Source of the DNA: Desulfocapsa sulfexigens DSM 10523
GTDB lineage: Bacteria > Desulfobacterota > Desulfobulbia > Desulfobulbales > Desulfocapsaceae
Assembly (NCBI RefSeq): GCF_000341395.1
Contig: NC_020304.1
Location: 1,470,001 to 1,502,000 of the forward strand
DNA: 32,000 bases
Direction: 5' to 3'
The notes under the pieces: model-generated
The model's database searches: none
Told to the model about the DNA's origin: nothing
Seen by the model: the letters and a program-made list of their open reading frames with translations, nothing else
Part shown: in pieces, positions 18,232 to 27,296 of the stretch
Layout of the letters: each line of letters starts with the position of its first letter
Numbering within the stretch: the first letter of the stretch is position 1
Program-made: the position numbers and the translations under genes

Positions 18232-19107
18232 ATGTTTCCAATTGAAAATTATCATTTTGCAGAAAGCATCAAGGATGCAGTAGAAGCACTTGCTGCCGAT
18301 GAAAAGGCAAGAATTATTGCCGGCGGTACCGATGTCCTTGTCCGGCTCCACGGTGGTAACACTGACTATGGTCATCTTGTTGATATCAACGGACTCCGTG
18401 AACTTAAAGAGATTACAATCGATGGGGAAGGGAATATTTGTATTGGCTCGCTTGCCACTTTCACTGAAATAATGGAGCACGAACTCATTCAAAAATATGT
18501 CCCTGTTATTGCCGAATCCCTCGCCACCATAGGTGGACCGCAGGTTCGGAACTGCGGCACCATGGGGGGAAATATCTGCAATGGTGCCGTGAGTGCGGAT
18601 AGCGCCTGTGCAGCCCTTATCCATGAGTTTGAGCTGGTGGTGGAAAGTCCTGAGGGTGAACGGACAGAATCCATTAACGGCTTTCATACGGGGCCGGGAC
18701 GGACGATTCTTCAAAAAGGGGATCTGCTTAAGTATTTTCGGATCCGGCCGGAAAATTATATCGGGTTCAGCGCCTCCTATTATAAATATGCCATGCGCGG
18801 AGCCATGGATATTGCTACCATCGGCAGTGGCGCCGCTGTAAAGATGAACGGTGATATCATCAAAACGCTGAAAATTGCCTTTACGGTTGCAGCACCCACC
18901 CCTGTCCGCTGCAGAAATGCCGAAAGAGCCATGGAGAATAAGACTGTCAGTGAGGAAAACCTCCAGGCCATGGCCGATGCCATTGAAGAGGATGTCAGGC
19001 CACGTACATCCTGGCGGGCGAGCAGGGAATTTCGTCTCCATCTTATTCGAACCCTGGCGAAGAGAGTAGTTCGGCAGGCAGTGGAAAATCAGGGAGGTGC
19101 CTTGTAA
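18232..19107 (+). CDS. xdhB: Xanthine dehydrogenase FAD-binding subunit
   Basis: 291 aa; 'KARIIAGGTDVLVRLHGG' and 'TIGGPQVRNCGTMGGNICNGAVSADS' are CoxM/XdhB FAD-domain motifs. Confidence 0.92.
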   Translation: MFPIENYHFAESIKDAVEALAADEKARIIAGGTDVLVRLHGGNTDYGHLVDINGLRELKEITIDGEGNICIGSLATFTEIMEHELIQKYVPVIAESLATIGGPQVRNCGTMGGNICNGAVSADSACAALIHEFELVVESPEGERTESINGFHTGPGRTILQKGDLLKYFRIRPENYIGFSASYYKYAMRGAMDIATIGSGAAVKMNGDIIKTLKIAFTVAAPTPVRCRNAERAMENKTVSEENLQAMADAIEEDVRPRTSWRASREFRLHLIRTLAKRVVRQAVENQGGAL

Positions 19108-19577
19108 TGCAGACCATGAATATCAAATTGACGATTAACACCAAAAAGTATGAGATGGCTGTCGATGTGCGTAAATCCCTTATGGATCTGCTCCGTGAGC
19201 TTGGTTACACCAGTGTGAAGCATGGCTGTGGCGTGGGGGAATGCGGAGCTTGTACCGTGCTTGTAGACAATATTCCAGTCGATTCCTGCCTCTATCTTGC
19301 GACCTGGGCAAATAACAGGGCAATACGCACCACCGAAGGCGAGTGCCGGGATGGAAAACTTTCTTCTGTCCAGGAGGCCTACGTGGAAGAAGGCGCTGTT
19401 CAGTGCGGTTTTTGCACTCCCGGTCTTATTATGACCACCACTTCTTTCCTGGAGAAGAATAAGGGGAAGGAACTGTCCCGTGAAGAGATTAAAAAGGGTC
19501 ACGCGGGTAATCTTTGTCGCTGTACCGGATACCAGACCATCATAAATGCGGTGGAAACGGCCGGTAAAAATGGTTAA
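19107..19577 (+). CDS. xdhC: Xanthine dehydrogenase 2Fe-2S subunit
   Basis: 156 aa; 'GCGVGECGACTVLVD', 'CGFCTPGLIMT', 'GNLCRCTGYQTIINAV'. TAATG overlap with xdhB. Confidence 0.93.
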   Translation: MQTMNIKLTINTKKYEMAVDVRKSLMDLLRELGYTSVKHGCGVGECGACTVLVDNIPVDSCLYLATWANNRAIRTTEGECRDGKLSSVQEAYVEEGAVQCGFCTPGLIMTTTSFLEKNKGKELSREEIKKGHAGNLCRCTGYQTIINAVETAGKNG

Positions 19578-20892
19578 GGAAAGTCAAACCACAGCTGCCA
19601 TCAGGGGTCAGTTCCTTGATTTCGCTGATGTTGCAGATTGTCCGTCCGAGCTTGCAGATACGGTTCGCCATCTTAAGGATGGTCTGTTGCTGTTGAGAAA
19701 CGGGCATATTGAATGGTTTGGTGACTGGGAAGAGGGCAGGGATAAAATTGCTGAAAATTGTCCCGTCCACCAGTATCCGGATAAGCTGATCGTACCCGGC
19801 TTTATCGATGCCCATATTCACTACCCACAGGCGGAGATAGTTGGGGCCCACGGTGAACAGTTGCTGGAGTGGCTTGAAAATTATGCCTTTCCTGCTGAAA
19901 GAAAGTATCAGGATAAAGCGTATGCGGCAAAGATGGCCGACTTTTTTATCGACCAGCTTCTGCGCAACGGTACGACCACGGCCATGGTTTTTTGCACTGT
20001 TCACCCCGAATCGGTGGAGGCACTGTTTACCGCTGCAGAAAAGCAGAACATGCGGATTATTGCCGGCAAAATAATGATGGACAGAAATGCTCCGCAATAT
20101 TTGCTTGATACCCCTGAGAGCAGTTACGATGCAAGCAGAAAACTGATAGAAAAATGGCATAAACGGGGGCGTCTTCTCTACGCGATCACCCCTCGGTTTG
20201 CCCCGACATCCAGCCCGGAACAGCTTGAAATGGCGGGAAGGCTGAAAAAAGAATTTCCAGATACCTATATGCAGACCCATCTGTCGGAGAATGCAGATGA
20301 AATAAAGTGGGTAAGGACATTATTCCCGGAACGCTCCGGTTATCTTGATGTCTATCATCATTATGGCCTCACAGGCACCCGCTGTGTTTTCGCTCACTGT
20401 GTTTACCTGGAAGATCAGGAATGGGACTCTCTGCTCGATACCGATTCCGCCATCGCCTTTTGCCCAACATCTAACCTCTTTCTCGGGAGTGGTTTGTTTG
20501 ATCTCAACCGTGCCAGAGAAAAACAGGTGAATGTTGCCATAGCCACCGACATTGGAGGTGGTACATCATTTAGTATGCTGAAGACCCTGAGTGAAGCCTA
20601 TAAAGTGATGCAGCTGCAAAAACAGAAGTTCTCGGCCTACGAGGCCTTTTATTCAGCAACCCTGGGTGGCGCCAGAGCGCTTTCCCTTGATCATTTGATC
20701 GGTAATTTCAGTGTTGGTAAAGAGGCTGATTTCGTGGTGCTTGATCCTGCGGCAACTGTCCTTCAGGCCAAACGATTGGAAACGTCAAAAAATATCGCCG
20801 ACCTGTTATTTAATCTTATTATACTCGGTGACGATAGAAGTATTTTCCACACCTATGTGAATGGTTGTCTGGTGCATAAACGGGATGATTAA
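19570..20892 (+). CDS. guaD: Guanine deaminase
   Basis: 440 aa from ATG 19570, overlapping the xdhC stop; 'PGFIDAHIHYPQAEIVGAHGEQLLEWLENYAFPAE', 'TTAMVFCTVHPES', 'HLSENADEIKWVRTLFPE', 'ATDIGGGTSFSML' match guanine deaminases. Confidence 0.92.
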   Translation: MVKESQTTAAIRGQFLDFADVADCPSELADTVRHLKDGLLLLRNGHIEWFGDWEEGRDKIAENCPVHQYPDKLIVPGFIDAHIHYPQAEIVGAHGEQLLEWLENYAFPAERKYQDKAYAAKMADFFIDQLLRNGTTTAMVFCTVHPESVEALFTAAEKQNMRIIAGKIMMDRNAPQYLLDTPESSYDASRKLIEKWHKRGRLLYAITPRFAPTSSPEQLEMAGRLKKEFPDTYMQTHLSENADEIKWVRTLFPERSGYLDVYHHYGLTGTRCVFAHCVYLEDQEWDSLLDTDSAIAFCPTSNLFLGSGLFDLNRAREKQVNVAIATDIGGGTSFSMLKTLSEAYKVMQLQKQKFSAYEAFYSATLGGARALSLDHLIGNFSVGKEADFVVLDPAATVLQAKRLETSKNIADLLFNLIILGDDRSIFHTYVNGCLVHKRDD

Positions 20893-20915
20893 TACGAACA
20901 TTTTTCAGGAAAACT

Positions 20916-22487
20916 ATGACTGAAACGCCACGTCTTCAATTAAAAGGGATGACCAAAGTTTATCCATCTGTCATTGCCAATGATTCCATTGATATGACAA
21001 TTGGCCCCGGAGAGATACATGCAGTTCTTGGTGAAAATGGTGCCGGGAAAAGTACTCTGATGAAGGCGATTTATGGCGTTGTCAAACCGGATAAGGGGCA
21101 GATACTCTGGAATGGTAATGTGGTTTCAATCCAAAACCCGGCGCATGCAAGAAAGCTTGGCATTGGCATGGTCTTCCAGCATTTTTCCCTGTTTGAGACT
21201 CTTACTGTGACTGAAAATATCGCCCTGGCCATGGACGACTATACAAGTATGGATTCGCTGGCCAGTCGCATTCGGAAGGTCTCTGAAGAATATGGTCTCC
21301 CGCTTGATCCGGGGCGCCTGGTTCATTCCCTCTCCGTAGGTCTTCGTCAGAGGGTGGAAATAATCAGATGTCTTCTTCAACAGCCCAAACTGCTGATCAT
21401 GGATGAACCCACATCTGTTTTGACCCCCCAGGCTGTTCGCAAGATGTTTGAAACTCTGCGGCGTCTCGCCGATGAAGGATGTTCCATTCTCTATATCAGT
21501 CATAAACTCGATGAAATTATGGAGTTGTGTCACAGCGCCACAATAATACGGGGTGGTAAGGTCACGGGCTATGCCATCCCTGCTAATGAAACAACTACCA
21601 GTCTGGCAAAGATGATGATTGGCAAGGATCTCCCCGTCTGTTCCAAGGATAGACCGGTTATCGATGGTGGGGAGTGTCTTATGGTAAAAAATCTCTCCAG
21701 GACTTCTGCTGATCCATTCGGAACGGCTCTTAAAAATATCAGTTTCTCGGTGAAGAGTGGAGAAATTCTTGGTATTGCAGGTATCTCCGGGAACGGTCAA
21801 CAGGAACTTCTCTACACGCTCAGTGGTGAACGACCTGTCGAGGATAAAGATTGTATCACTATTTGTGGCGAGCCCGTCGGTCATCTGAATCCTGATCAAA
21901 GACGAAACAGAGGCCTGGGCTTTGTTCCAGAAGAACGCCTTGGAAGAGGGGCTGTGCCAGGAATGTCACTTTCCAAGAATGCAATTCTCACTGCGCACCG
22001 TCATAAGATGGTTAAAAAGGGCTTACTCAGATTTGATAAGGCTGCTGATTTTGCCCAGAAGTGTATTAGCGGTTTTGCAGTGAAATGCGGTACCAGGGAC
22101 GATCTCATTACCAGTTTGTCCGGTGGTAACATTCAGAAATACATTACCGGACGCGAAATTCTTCAATCCCCTGCACTTCTCGTGGTGTCGCAGCCAACCT
22201 GGGGCGTTGATGTCGGAGCCGCAAATGTGATCCGCCAGTCCATGATTGATCTGCGTAACAATGGTTCTGCAGTTCTCGTCGTTTCCGAAGAACTCGATGA
22301 ACTCTTTGAAATATGTGACCGTCTTATTGTTATTGCGGAAGGTTGCGTCTCCTCTTCGGTTAATGTGCATGAAACCACCAAAGAAGATATAGGGGTATGG
22401 ATGAGTGGCCTGTTCCGGGGGGGGCCCGCTGATAAGAGCACTGCTCATGAAGTATCCAATGAAAATCAGGAGAGCCATGTTCGTTAA
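20916..22487 (+). CDS. ABC transporter ATP-binding protein, double-ATPase nucleoside/sugar type (YufO/NupO-like)
   Basis: 523 aa with two ABC cassettes: Walker A 'GENGAGKST', signature 'LSVGLRQRVEI', 'LLIMDEPTSVLTPQ', second signature-like 'LSGGNIQKYI'. Confidence 0.93.
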   Translation: MTETPRLQLKGMTKVYPSVIANDSIDMTIGPGEIHAVLGENGAGKSTLMKAIYGVVKPDKGQILWNGNVVSIQNPAHARKLGIGMVFQHFSLFETLTVTENIALAMDDYTSMDSLASRIRKVSEEYGLPLDPGRLVHSLSVGLRQRVEIIRCLLQQPKLLIMDEPTSVLTPQAVRKMFETLRRLADEGCSILYISHKLDEIMELCHSATIIRGGKVTGYAIPANETTTSLAKMMIGKDLPVCSKDRPVIDGGECLMVKNLSRTSADPFGTALKNISFSVKSGEILGIAGISGNGQQELLYTLSGERPVEDKDCITICGEPVGHLNPDQRRNRGLGFVPEERLGRGAVPGMSLSKNAILTAHRHKMVKKGLLRFDKAADFAQKCISGFAVKCGTRDDLITSLSGGNIQKYITGREILQSPALLVVSQPTWGVDVGAANVIRQSMIDLRNNGSAVLVVSEELDELFEICDRLIVIAEGCVSSSVNVHETTKEDIGVWMSGLFRGGPADKSTAHEVSNENQESHVR

Positions 22488-23553
22488 GATAGAACCCAGA
22501 TCCGAACCTTCAAGAACCATGAGATATATGTCTCCTGTGGTTGCGGCACTACTTATGCTGATCAGCGGACTCATTATTTTTACTCTGCTCGGTAAAGATC
22601 CCATGGAGGCATTTCATGCCTTCTTTGTCGAACCCATCAATGACCTGTACGGTATCGGCGAACTCTTTATAAAGGCTTCACCGCTCATGCTTATTGGTAC
22701 CGGGCTTGCCATCGGTTTTCGGGCAAGCATCTGGAATATCGGCGCCGAGGGGCAACTTACCATTGGAGCTCTCTTTGGGGGCTATATTGCAATTATATTT
22801 AACGACAGTAATGGTTTTTTTATACTGCCACTTATGATTTTGGCCGGAGCCGCGGGAGGGATTGTATGGGCATCGATCCCGGCATTTCTACGGACAGTTT
22901 TTAATGCCAACGAGATTCTGGTAACCCTTATGCTGAATTATGTGGCTATCCTGCTCCTGGCCCTTTTTGTGCACGGCCCTCTGAGGGATCCTAACGGTTA
23001 CGGGTTTCCGCAGTCCGTGCTTTTTGGTGATTCTGCCATGCTGCCCGTTCTTATCGAGGGAACACGGCTGCACCTCGGTGTTTTGCTTGCCTTTGCGGGC
23101 GTTATTGTCGGATGGGTATTTCTGTTAAAAAGTTTTACCGGTTTCCAGCTTCAGGTGGCGGGGCTTGCTCAGAAAGCAGCATCCTATGCAGGGTTTGAAT
23201 ATAAAAAACTGATCTGGATTGGAATGCTCTCGGGTGGGCTTACAGCCGGTATTGCCGGAGTCCTCGAAATTGCTGGCCCCATTGGTCAGCTTCTCCCCTC
23301 GGTATCACCTGGCTACGGTTATGCTGCAATCATAGTCGCCTTTGTCGGGAGACTGCATCCCGGCGGAATCTTTCTTTCAAGCCTCCTTATGGCCCTTCTC
23401 TATCTGGGTGGCGAATCGGGGCAGATGAACCTTGATCTGCCCTCTGCGGTGACCGGGATTTTCCAGGGGCTCCTGCTCTTTTATCTCCTCGCAGCGGATT
23501 TTCTTATCAACTACCGAGTGCGCCTGAATTCGCCGCAACTGGAGGTCAATTAA
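22477..23553 (+). CDS. ABC transporter permease (YufP-like)
   Basis: About 358 aa from ATG 22477 (SD AGGAGAG), overlapping the ATPase stop; 'GLAIGFRASIWNIGAEGQLTIGALFG', 'NEILVTLMLNYVA', 'GYGYAAIIVAFVGRLHPGG'. Track start 22405 likely over-extended. Confidence 0.9.
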   Translation: MFVKIEPRSEPSRTMRYMSPVVAALLMLISGLIIFTLLGKDPMEAFHAFFVEPINDLYGIGELFIKASPLMLIGTGLAIGFRASIWNIGAEGQLTIGALFGGYIAIIFNDSNGFFILPLMILAGAAGGIVWASIPAFLRTVFNANEILVTLMLNYVAILLLALFVHGPLRDPNGYGFPQSVLFGDSAMLPVLIEGTRLHLGVLLAFAGVIVGWVFLLKSFTGFQLQVAGLAQKAASYAGFEYKKLIWIGMLSGGLTAGIAGVLEIAGPIGQLLPSVSPGYGYAAIIVAFVGRLHPGGIFLSSLLMALLYLGGESGQMNLDLPSAVTGIFQGLLLFYLLAADFLINYRVRLNSPQLEVN

Positions 23554-24482
23554 TGGATTTTGATATATTTATTCATATACTGATCGCGGCAATAGCAGCT
23601 GGAACCCCCTTTGTCTATGCAGCTCTTGGTGAACTTATCACCGAAAAATCCGGGGTGTTAAATCTGGGTGTTGAGGGAATGATGCTGGTTGGTGCGATTT
23701 CCGGATTTATAGCCATGGCTAAGACAGGAAGCCTTCTGGTAGCTGTTCTGTGCGGGATGGCTGCAGGGGCACTTATGGCGGGAATATTTGGTGTTTTGAC
23801 CCTGACCCTGATGGCGAACCAGGTTGCCAGTGGACTTGCTTTGACTATTTTTGGTGTTGGATTGAGCGCATTTCTCGGCCTTGATTACACCAGTATTGCC
23901 CTTGGTGGTGTGGCTGATATCAATATCCCCTTTTTGAGTACTCTTCCTGTTGTCGGGCAACTCTTTTTCTCTCATGATATTCTTGTTTACTGTTCCGGTG
24001 CCCTCTTTGTCGCTATTTCCTGGTTTTTGTATAAAAGCAAGACGGGCCTTCTGCTGCGGGGGATAGGAGAGGCCCCGAAATCTGCCCATGCACTTGGTTA
24101 TAACGTCATTAAAATCAGATATATTGCAGTTCTGTTTGGTGGTGCCATGGCGGGGCTTGGAGGCGTGTATCTCTCGGTTGCCTATACACCCATGTGGGTG
24201 GAAGGTATGGTTGCCGGAAGGGGCTGGGTCTCTCTGGCACTTGTTGTTTTTGCAAGCTGGAGACCTGCCAGGGTGATGCTTGGTGCCTATCTTTTCGGTG
24301 CCATTACAATAGCCCAGTTCCATGTCCAGGGGTTCGGAATTGATATCCCGGCGCAGCTTTTGTCCATGCTGCCGTACGTGGCGACGATTGTGGTATTGGT
24401 ATTTATTTCCAGAGACCAGAGTACAATACGATTGAATTCACCGGCGTCGCTAGGTATAACCTATCATCCAGATAACCAGTAA
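23553..24482 (+). CDS. ABC transporter permease (YufQ-like)
   Basis: 309 aa; 'TEKSGVLNLGVEGMMLVGAISG', 'ASGLALTIFGVGLSAFLG', 'RGIGEAPKSAHALGYNVIKIRY'; TAATG coupling to the previous gene. Confidence 0.92.
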   Translation: MDFDIFIHILIAAIAAGTPFVYAALGELITEKSGVLNLGVEGMMLVGAISGFIAMAKTGSLLVAVLCGMAAGALMAGIFGVLTLTLMANQVASGLALTIFGVGLSAFLGLDYTSIALGGVADINIPFLSTLPVVGQLFFSHDILVYCSGALFVAISWFLYKSKTGLLLRGIGEAPKSAHALGYNVIKIRYIAVLFGGAMAGLGGVYLSVAYTPMWVEGMVAGRGWVSLALVVFASWRPARVMLGAYLFGAITIAQFHVQGFGIDIPAQLLSMLPYVATIVVLVFISRDQSTIRLNSPASLGITYHPDNQ

Positions 24483-24497
24483 AAGTTCATCAGCACC

Positions 24498-24568
24498 TCC
24501 GGTTCATTCGGCCAGGACAGTCAATATAGGGAAAACTATTATTGACTGTCCTGGCCGAATGAACCGGA
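24498..24568. repeat. Perfect inverted repeat, 29-bp arms with 13-nt loop
   Basis: TCCGGTTCATTCGGCCAGGACAGTCAATA-TAGGGAAAACTAT-TATTGACTGTCCTGGCCGAATGAACCGGA; arms checked base by base. Confidence 0.95.
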
Positions 24569-24613
24569 AGCACTGTTAAACTTTTAAATATAAATCAACC
24601 TGATTACCACTGA

Positions 24614-24719
24614 TCCTCAGCCTACCCGCCTGAGGAGGAGTTGTTTCGTGTTGATTATGTGGGCATCTGCGGCCCGGATGGCCGTAGCAGAGCCCCCAGG
24701 GATGGGTTTATGGCGTCCC
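24614..24719. repeat. Cluster of three short hairpins (structured extragenic element)
   Basis: TCCTCAG/CTGAGGA (24614-24636), CTGCGGCC/GGCCGTAG (24667-24687), GGGATG/CGTCCC (24699-24719). Confidence 0.5.
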
Positions 24720-24825
24720 ATATAATCGACACGGAACAGCTCCGGGTTGCAAAGCTGAGTTTCGATGGTAATCAGGTAAATTAAAGTTGTTCAATGCATC
24801 GTAAATTTTAAACAAGGAGAAACAG

Positions 24826-25911
24826 ATGGCAAGCATGAAGAAAAAGGTCTTATCCGTCTTTATTCTACTGGTCTGTGTGGCGGGATTTTCCCTGTCTGCG
24901 TCGGCTGAAGATAAATTGAAAGTAGGCTTTGTCTATATCAGTCCTATCGGGGATGCAGGCTGGACCTACCAGCATGATCTTGGACGGCTTGAGCTTGAAA
25001 AAAATCTCGGTGATAAGATCGTAACTAAGTATATCGAAAGTGTACCTGAAGGGCCTGAGGCGGAGCGTGTTATCAGAGATCTGGCGCAAAGCGGCCATGA
25101 CCTGATTTTCACCACTTCTTTTGGCTATATGAACCCTACCCTGAAGGTTGCTAAAATGTTTCCCAAAAAACACTTTGAGCATTCCACCGGATACAAAACC
25201 GCCAAGAATGTCGGTACCTATATGTGTCGCTTTTATGAAGGCCGTTATCTGACCGGAATTGTGGCTGGAAAGATGACAAAGTCCAACACCCTCGGGTATG
25301 TTGCAGCATTCCCTATCCCTGAGGTAATCCGTGGCATCAATGCATTCACCCTTGGGGCCAAATCTGTCAATCCTGATGTCCAGGTGAAGGTGATCTGGGT
25401 AAATTCATGGTTTGATCCGGGCAAAGAGCGTGAAGCATCCGAGGCACTTATCACCCAGGGTGCCGATGTTATCACCCATCATACCGATTCAACTGCTCCA
25501 ACTCTTACTGCCGAAGAAAAGGGCGTCTATGCCATTGCCTACCATTCCGATATGTCCAAATATGGTCCCAAGGCCCATCTTACAGCAGCCACCCATACCT
25601 ATGGTGATTTCTATACCAAAACTACCCAGGCTGTCCTCGATAACACCTGGAAGTCAGACTCTGTCTGGAGTGGTATAAAAGAGGGATCCATTAAGCTGGC
25701 ACCCATGAATGCTGCAATTCCTGCTGAGGTTGTAGCACTTGTTGAAAAAACAACAAAAGATATTGCTGACGGATCTTTCCATCCTTTCCAGGGACCGGTT
25801 AAAGATCAGAGTGGCAAAGTTGTTGTGGAAGCTGGAAAATCGCTCAGTGATGAGGAGCTTCTGGGGATGAATTATTACGTTGAAGGTGTTCATGGAAATA
25901 TTCCGAAATAG
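24826..25911 (+). CDS. BMP-family (PnrA/Med-like) ABC transporter substrate-binding protein
   Basis: 361 aa with signal peptide (MKKKVLSVFILLVCVAGFSLSASA) then 'KLKVGFVYISPIGDAGWTYQHDLGR', typical BMP fold start; SD AAGGAG upstream. Confidence 0.93.
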   Translation: MASMKKKVLSVFILLVCVAGFSLSASAEDKLKVGFVYISPIGDAGWTYQHDLGRLELEKNLGDKIVTKYIESVPEGPEAERVIRDLAQSGHDLIFTTSFGYMNPTLKVAKMFPKKHFEHSTGYKTAKNVGTYMCRFYEGRYLTGIVAGKMTKSNTLGYVAAFPIPEVIRGINAFTLGAKSVNPDVQVKVIWVNSWFDPGKEREASEALITQGADVITHHTDSTAPTLTAEEKGVYAIAYHSDMSKYGPKAHLTAATHTYGDFYTKTTQAVLDNTWKSDSVWSGIKEGSIKLAPMNAAIPAEVVALVEKTTKDIADGSFHPFQGPVKDQSGKVVVEAGKSLSDEELLGMNYYVEGVHGNIPK

Positions 25912-25940
25912 TCCTTTTATTATTTCGTAATTTGTCAGAT

Positions 25941-25981
25941 AAAAAAGGAGATGGGGTGCGGTTAACTCATCTCCTTTTTTT
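25941..25981 (+). terminator. Intrinsic terminator downstream of the BMP gene
   Basis: AAAAAAGGAGATG ... CATCTCCTTTTTTT: perfect 13-bp stem followed by a T run. Confidence 0.88.
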
Positions 25982-26008
25982 GTTTCTTTAGCAGCAGGAA
26001 AAAAGCGT

Positions 26009-27286
26009 ATGGATCATATCACAAAATTGAAGTGTCTTATCTGCAGCAGGGAATATGTACCTGAGGATATCAGGTATGTCTGTCCCGAGCATGAGAACGA
26101 GGGGATTGTGGATGTACATTATGATTATGATCTCATCAATAATCGTATCAGCCGCGAGAGTCTTGAGGAGAACCGGGATTATTCCATCTGGCGCTACAAG
26201 CCTCTGCTCCCCGTTTTTGCAGATGCCGAAGTGCCACCTCTTGCGATTGGCTGGACACCTCTCTATGACGCACCGCGTCTTGCCGGGAAACTCGGTTTGC
26301 AGCAGTTGTGGGTGAAGGATGATGGCCGTCTGCCCACGGCAAGTTTTAAGGATCGGGCCAGTGCGGTTGCTGTGGTCAAGGCCAGAGAAAGCGGGGCCGA
26401 AATTATAACGACCGCTAGTACCGGCAACGCTGCCGCAGCTCTCAGTGGCATATGTGCAAGTGTGGGACAGGCCAATGTGATATTCGTGCCGGTATCGGCT
26501 CCGGAGGCAAAAATTGCCCAGCTTCTGGTCTATAACTCCACGGTGATGCTGGTCAAGGGCAGTTATGATGATGCCTTTGAGCTCTGCCTTGAAGCTGCAG
26601 CTGAATATGGCTGGTACAATCGTAATACAGGCTATAATCCCTATATGACCGAGGGTAAAAAGACCGCCGCCTACGAGATATGTGAGCAGCTGAATTGGGA
26701 TGCTCCTGATGTGGTTCTGGTTTCTGTTGGTGATGGCTGCATCATCGGCGGCCTTCATAAGGGGTTCAAGGATCTTATGGCATTGGGCTGGATTGATCGT
26801 ATGCCTCGTCTTATCGGAGTTCAGGCCGAGGGCAGCAACTTTATGTATGAGGCGTGGAAGAACGATGAGGATATTCTGACCAAAGCACCGGTCTCAGGAA
26901 TTACCGTGGCTGACAGTATCAGTGCGGGACTGCCTCGGGATAGAATTAAGGCTCTTGCCGCTGTGACTGAGACGGATGGGGCCTACGTCGTCGTCAGTGA
27001 TGATGAGATTCTGGCTGCAATTTCTCTCCTGGCACGGGGGGTCGGAGTGTTTGCAGAACCGGCAGGTGCCGCCGCATATGCTGGTCTTATACGGGCTGTG
27101 GCGGATGGCCTGGTTACGTCACGGGAGCGCATCGTTGTTCTTAACACCGGTAATGGCCTCAAAGATATCAAGAGCAGTATGACTGCGGTACGAATGGCAG
27201 GATCGATTCCCCATCATATTGAAGCAAGTCTTACCGCGTTAAAACAGTGTATTGAAACGAGCCAAATATCAGCAGGTACGTGCTGA
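26009..27286 (+). CDS. Threonine-synthase-like PLP-dependent enzyme
   Basis: 425 aa; N-terminal 'CLICSREYVPEDIRYVCPEH', 'GWTPLYDAPRLAGKLGLQQLWVKDDGRLPTASFKDRASA' (PLP lysine in SFKDR), 'TASTGNAAAALSG'. Confidence 0.85.
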   Translation: MDHITKLKCLICSREYVPEDIRYVCPEHENEGIVDVHYDYDLINNRISRESLEENRDYSIWRYKPLLPVFADAEVPPLAIGWTPLYDAPRLAGKLGLQQLWVKDDGRLPTASFKDRASAVAVVKARESGAEIITTASTGNAAAALSGICASVGQANVIFVPVSAPEAKIAQLLVYNSTVMLVKGSYDDAFELCLEAAAEYGWYNRNTGYNPYMTEGKKTAAYEICEQLNWDAPDVVLVSVGDGCIIGGLHKGFKDLMALGWIDRMPRLIGVQAEGSNFMYEAWKNDEDILTKAPVSGITVADSISAGLPRDRIKALAAVTETDGAYVVVSDDEILAAISLLARGVGVFAEPAGAAAYAGLIRAVADGLVTSRERIVVLNTGNGLKDIKSSMTAVRMAGSIPHHIEASLTALKQCIETSQISAGTC

Positions 27287-27296
27287 AGGAGCAGTT

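Noticed and set aside
18130-19041. 303-aa minus-strand ORF antisense to xdhB
   Set aside because: Shadow ORF whose N-terminal part is translated from the opposite strand; it includes the REP-like palindrome ('VIPACAGMTNQ').
19540-20280. 246-aa minus-strand ORF antisense to guaD
   Set aside because: Shadow ORF; the guaD reading frame has full motif support.
24569-24825. Purine riboswitch before the BMP gene
   Set aside because: I could not find the conserved purine-aptamer core sequence; structured, but no known riboswitch class recognised by eye.
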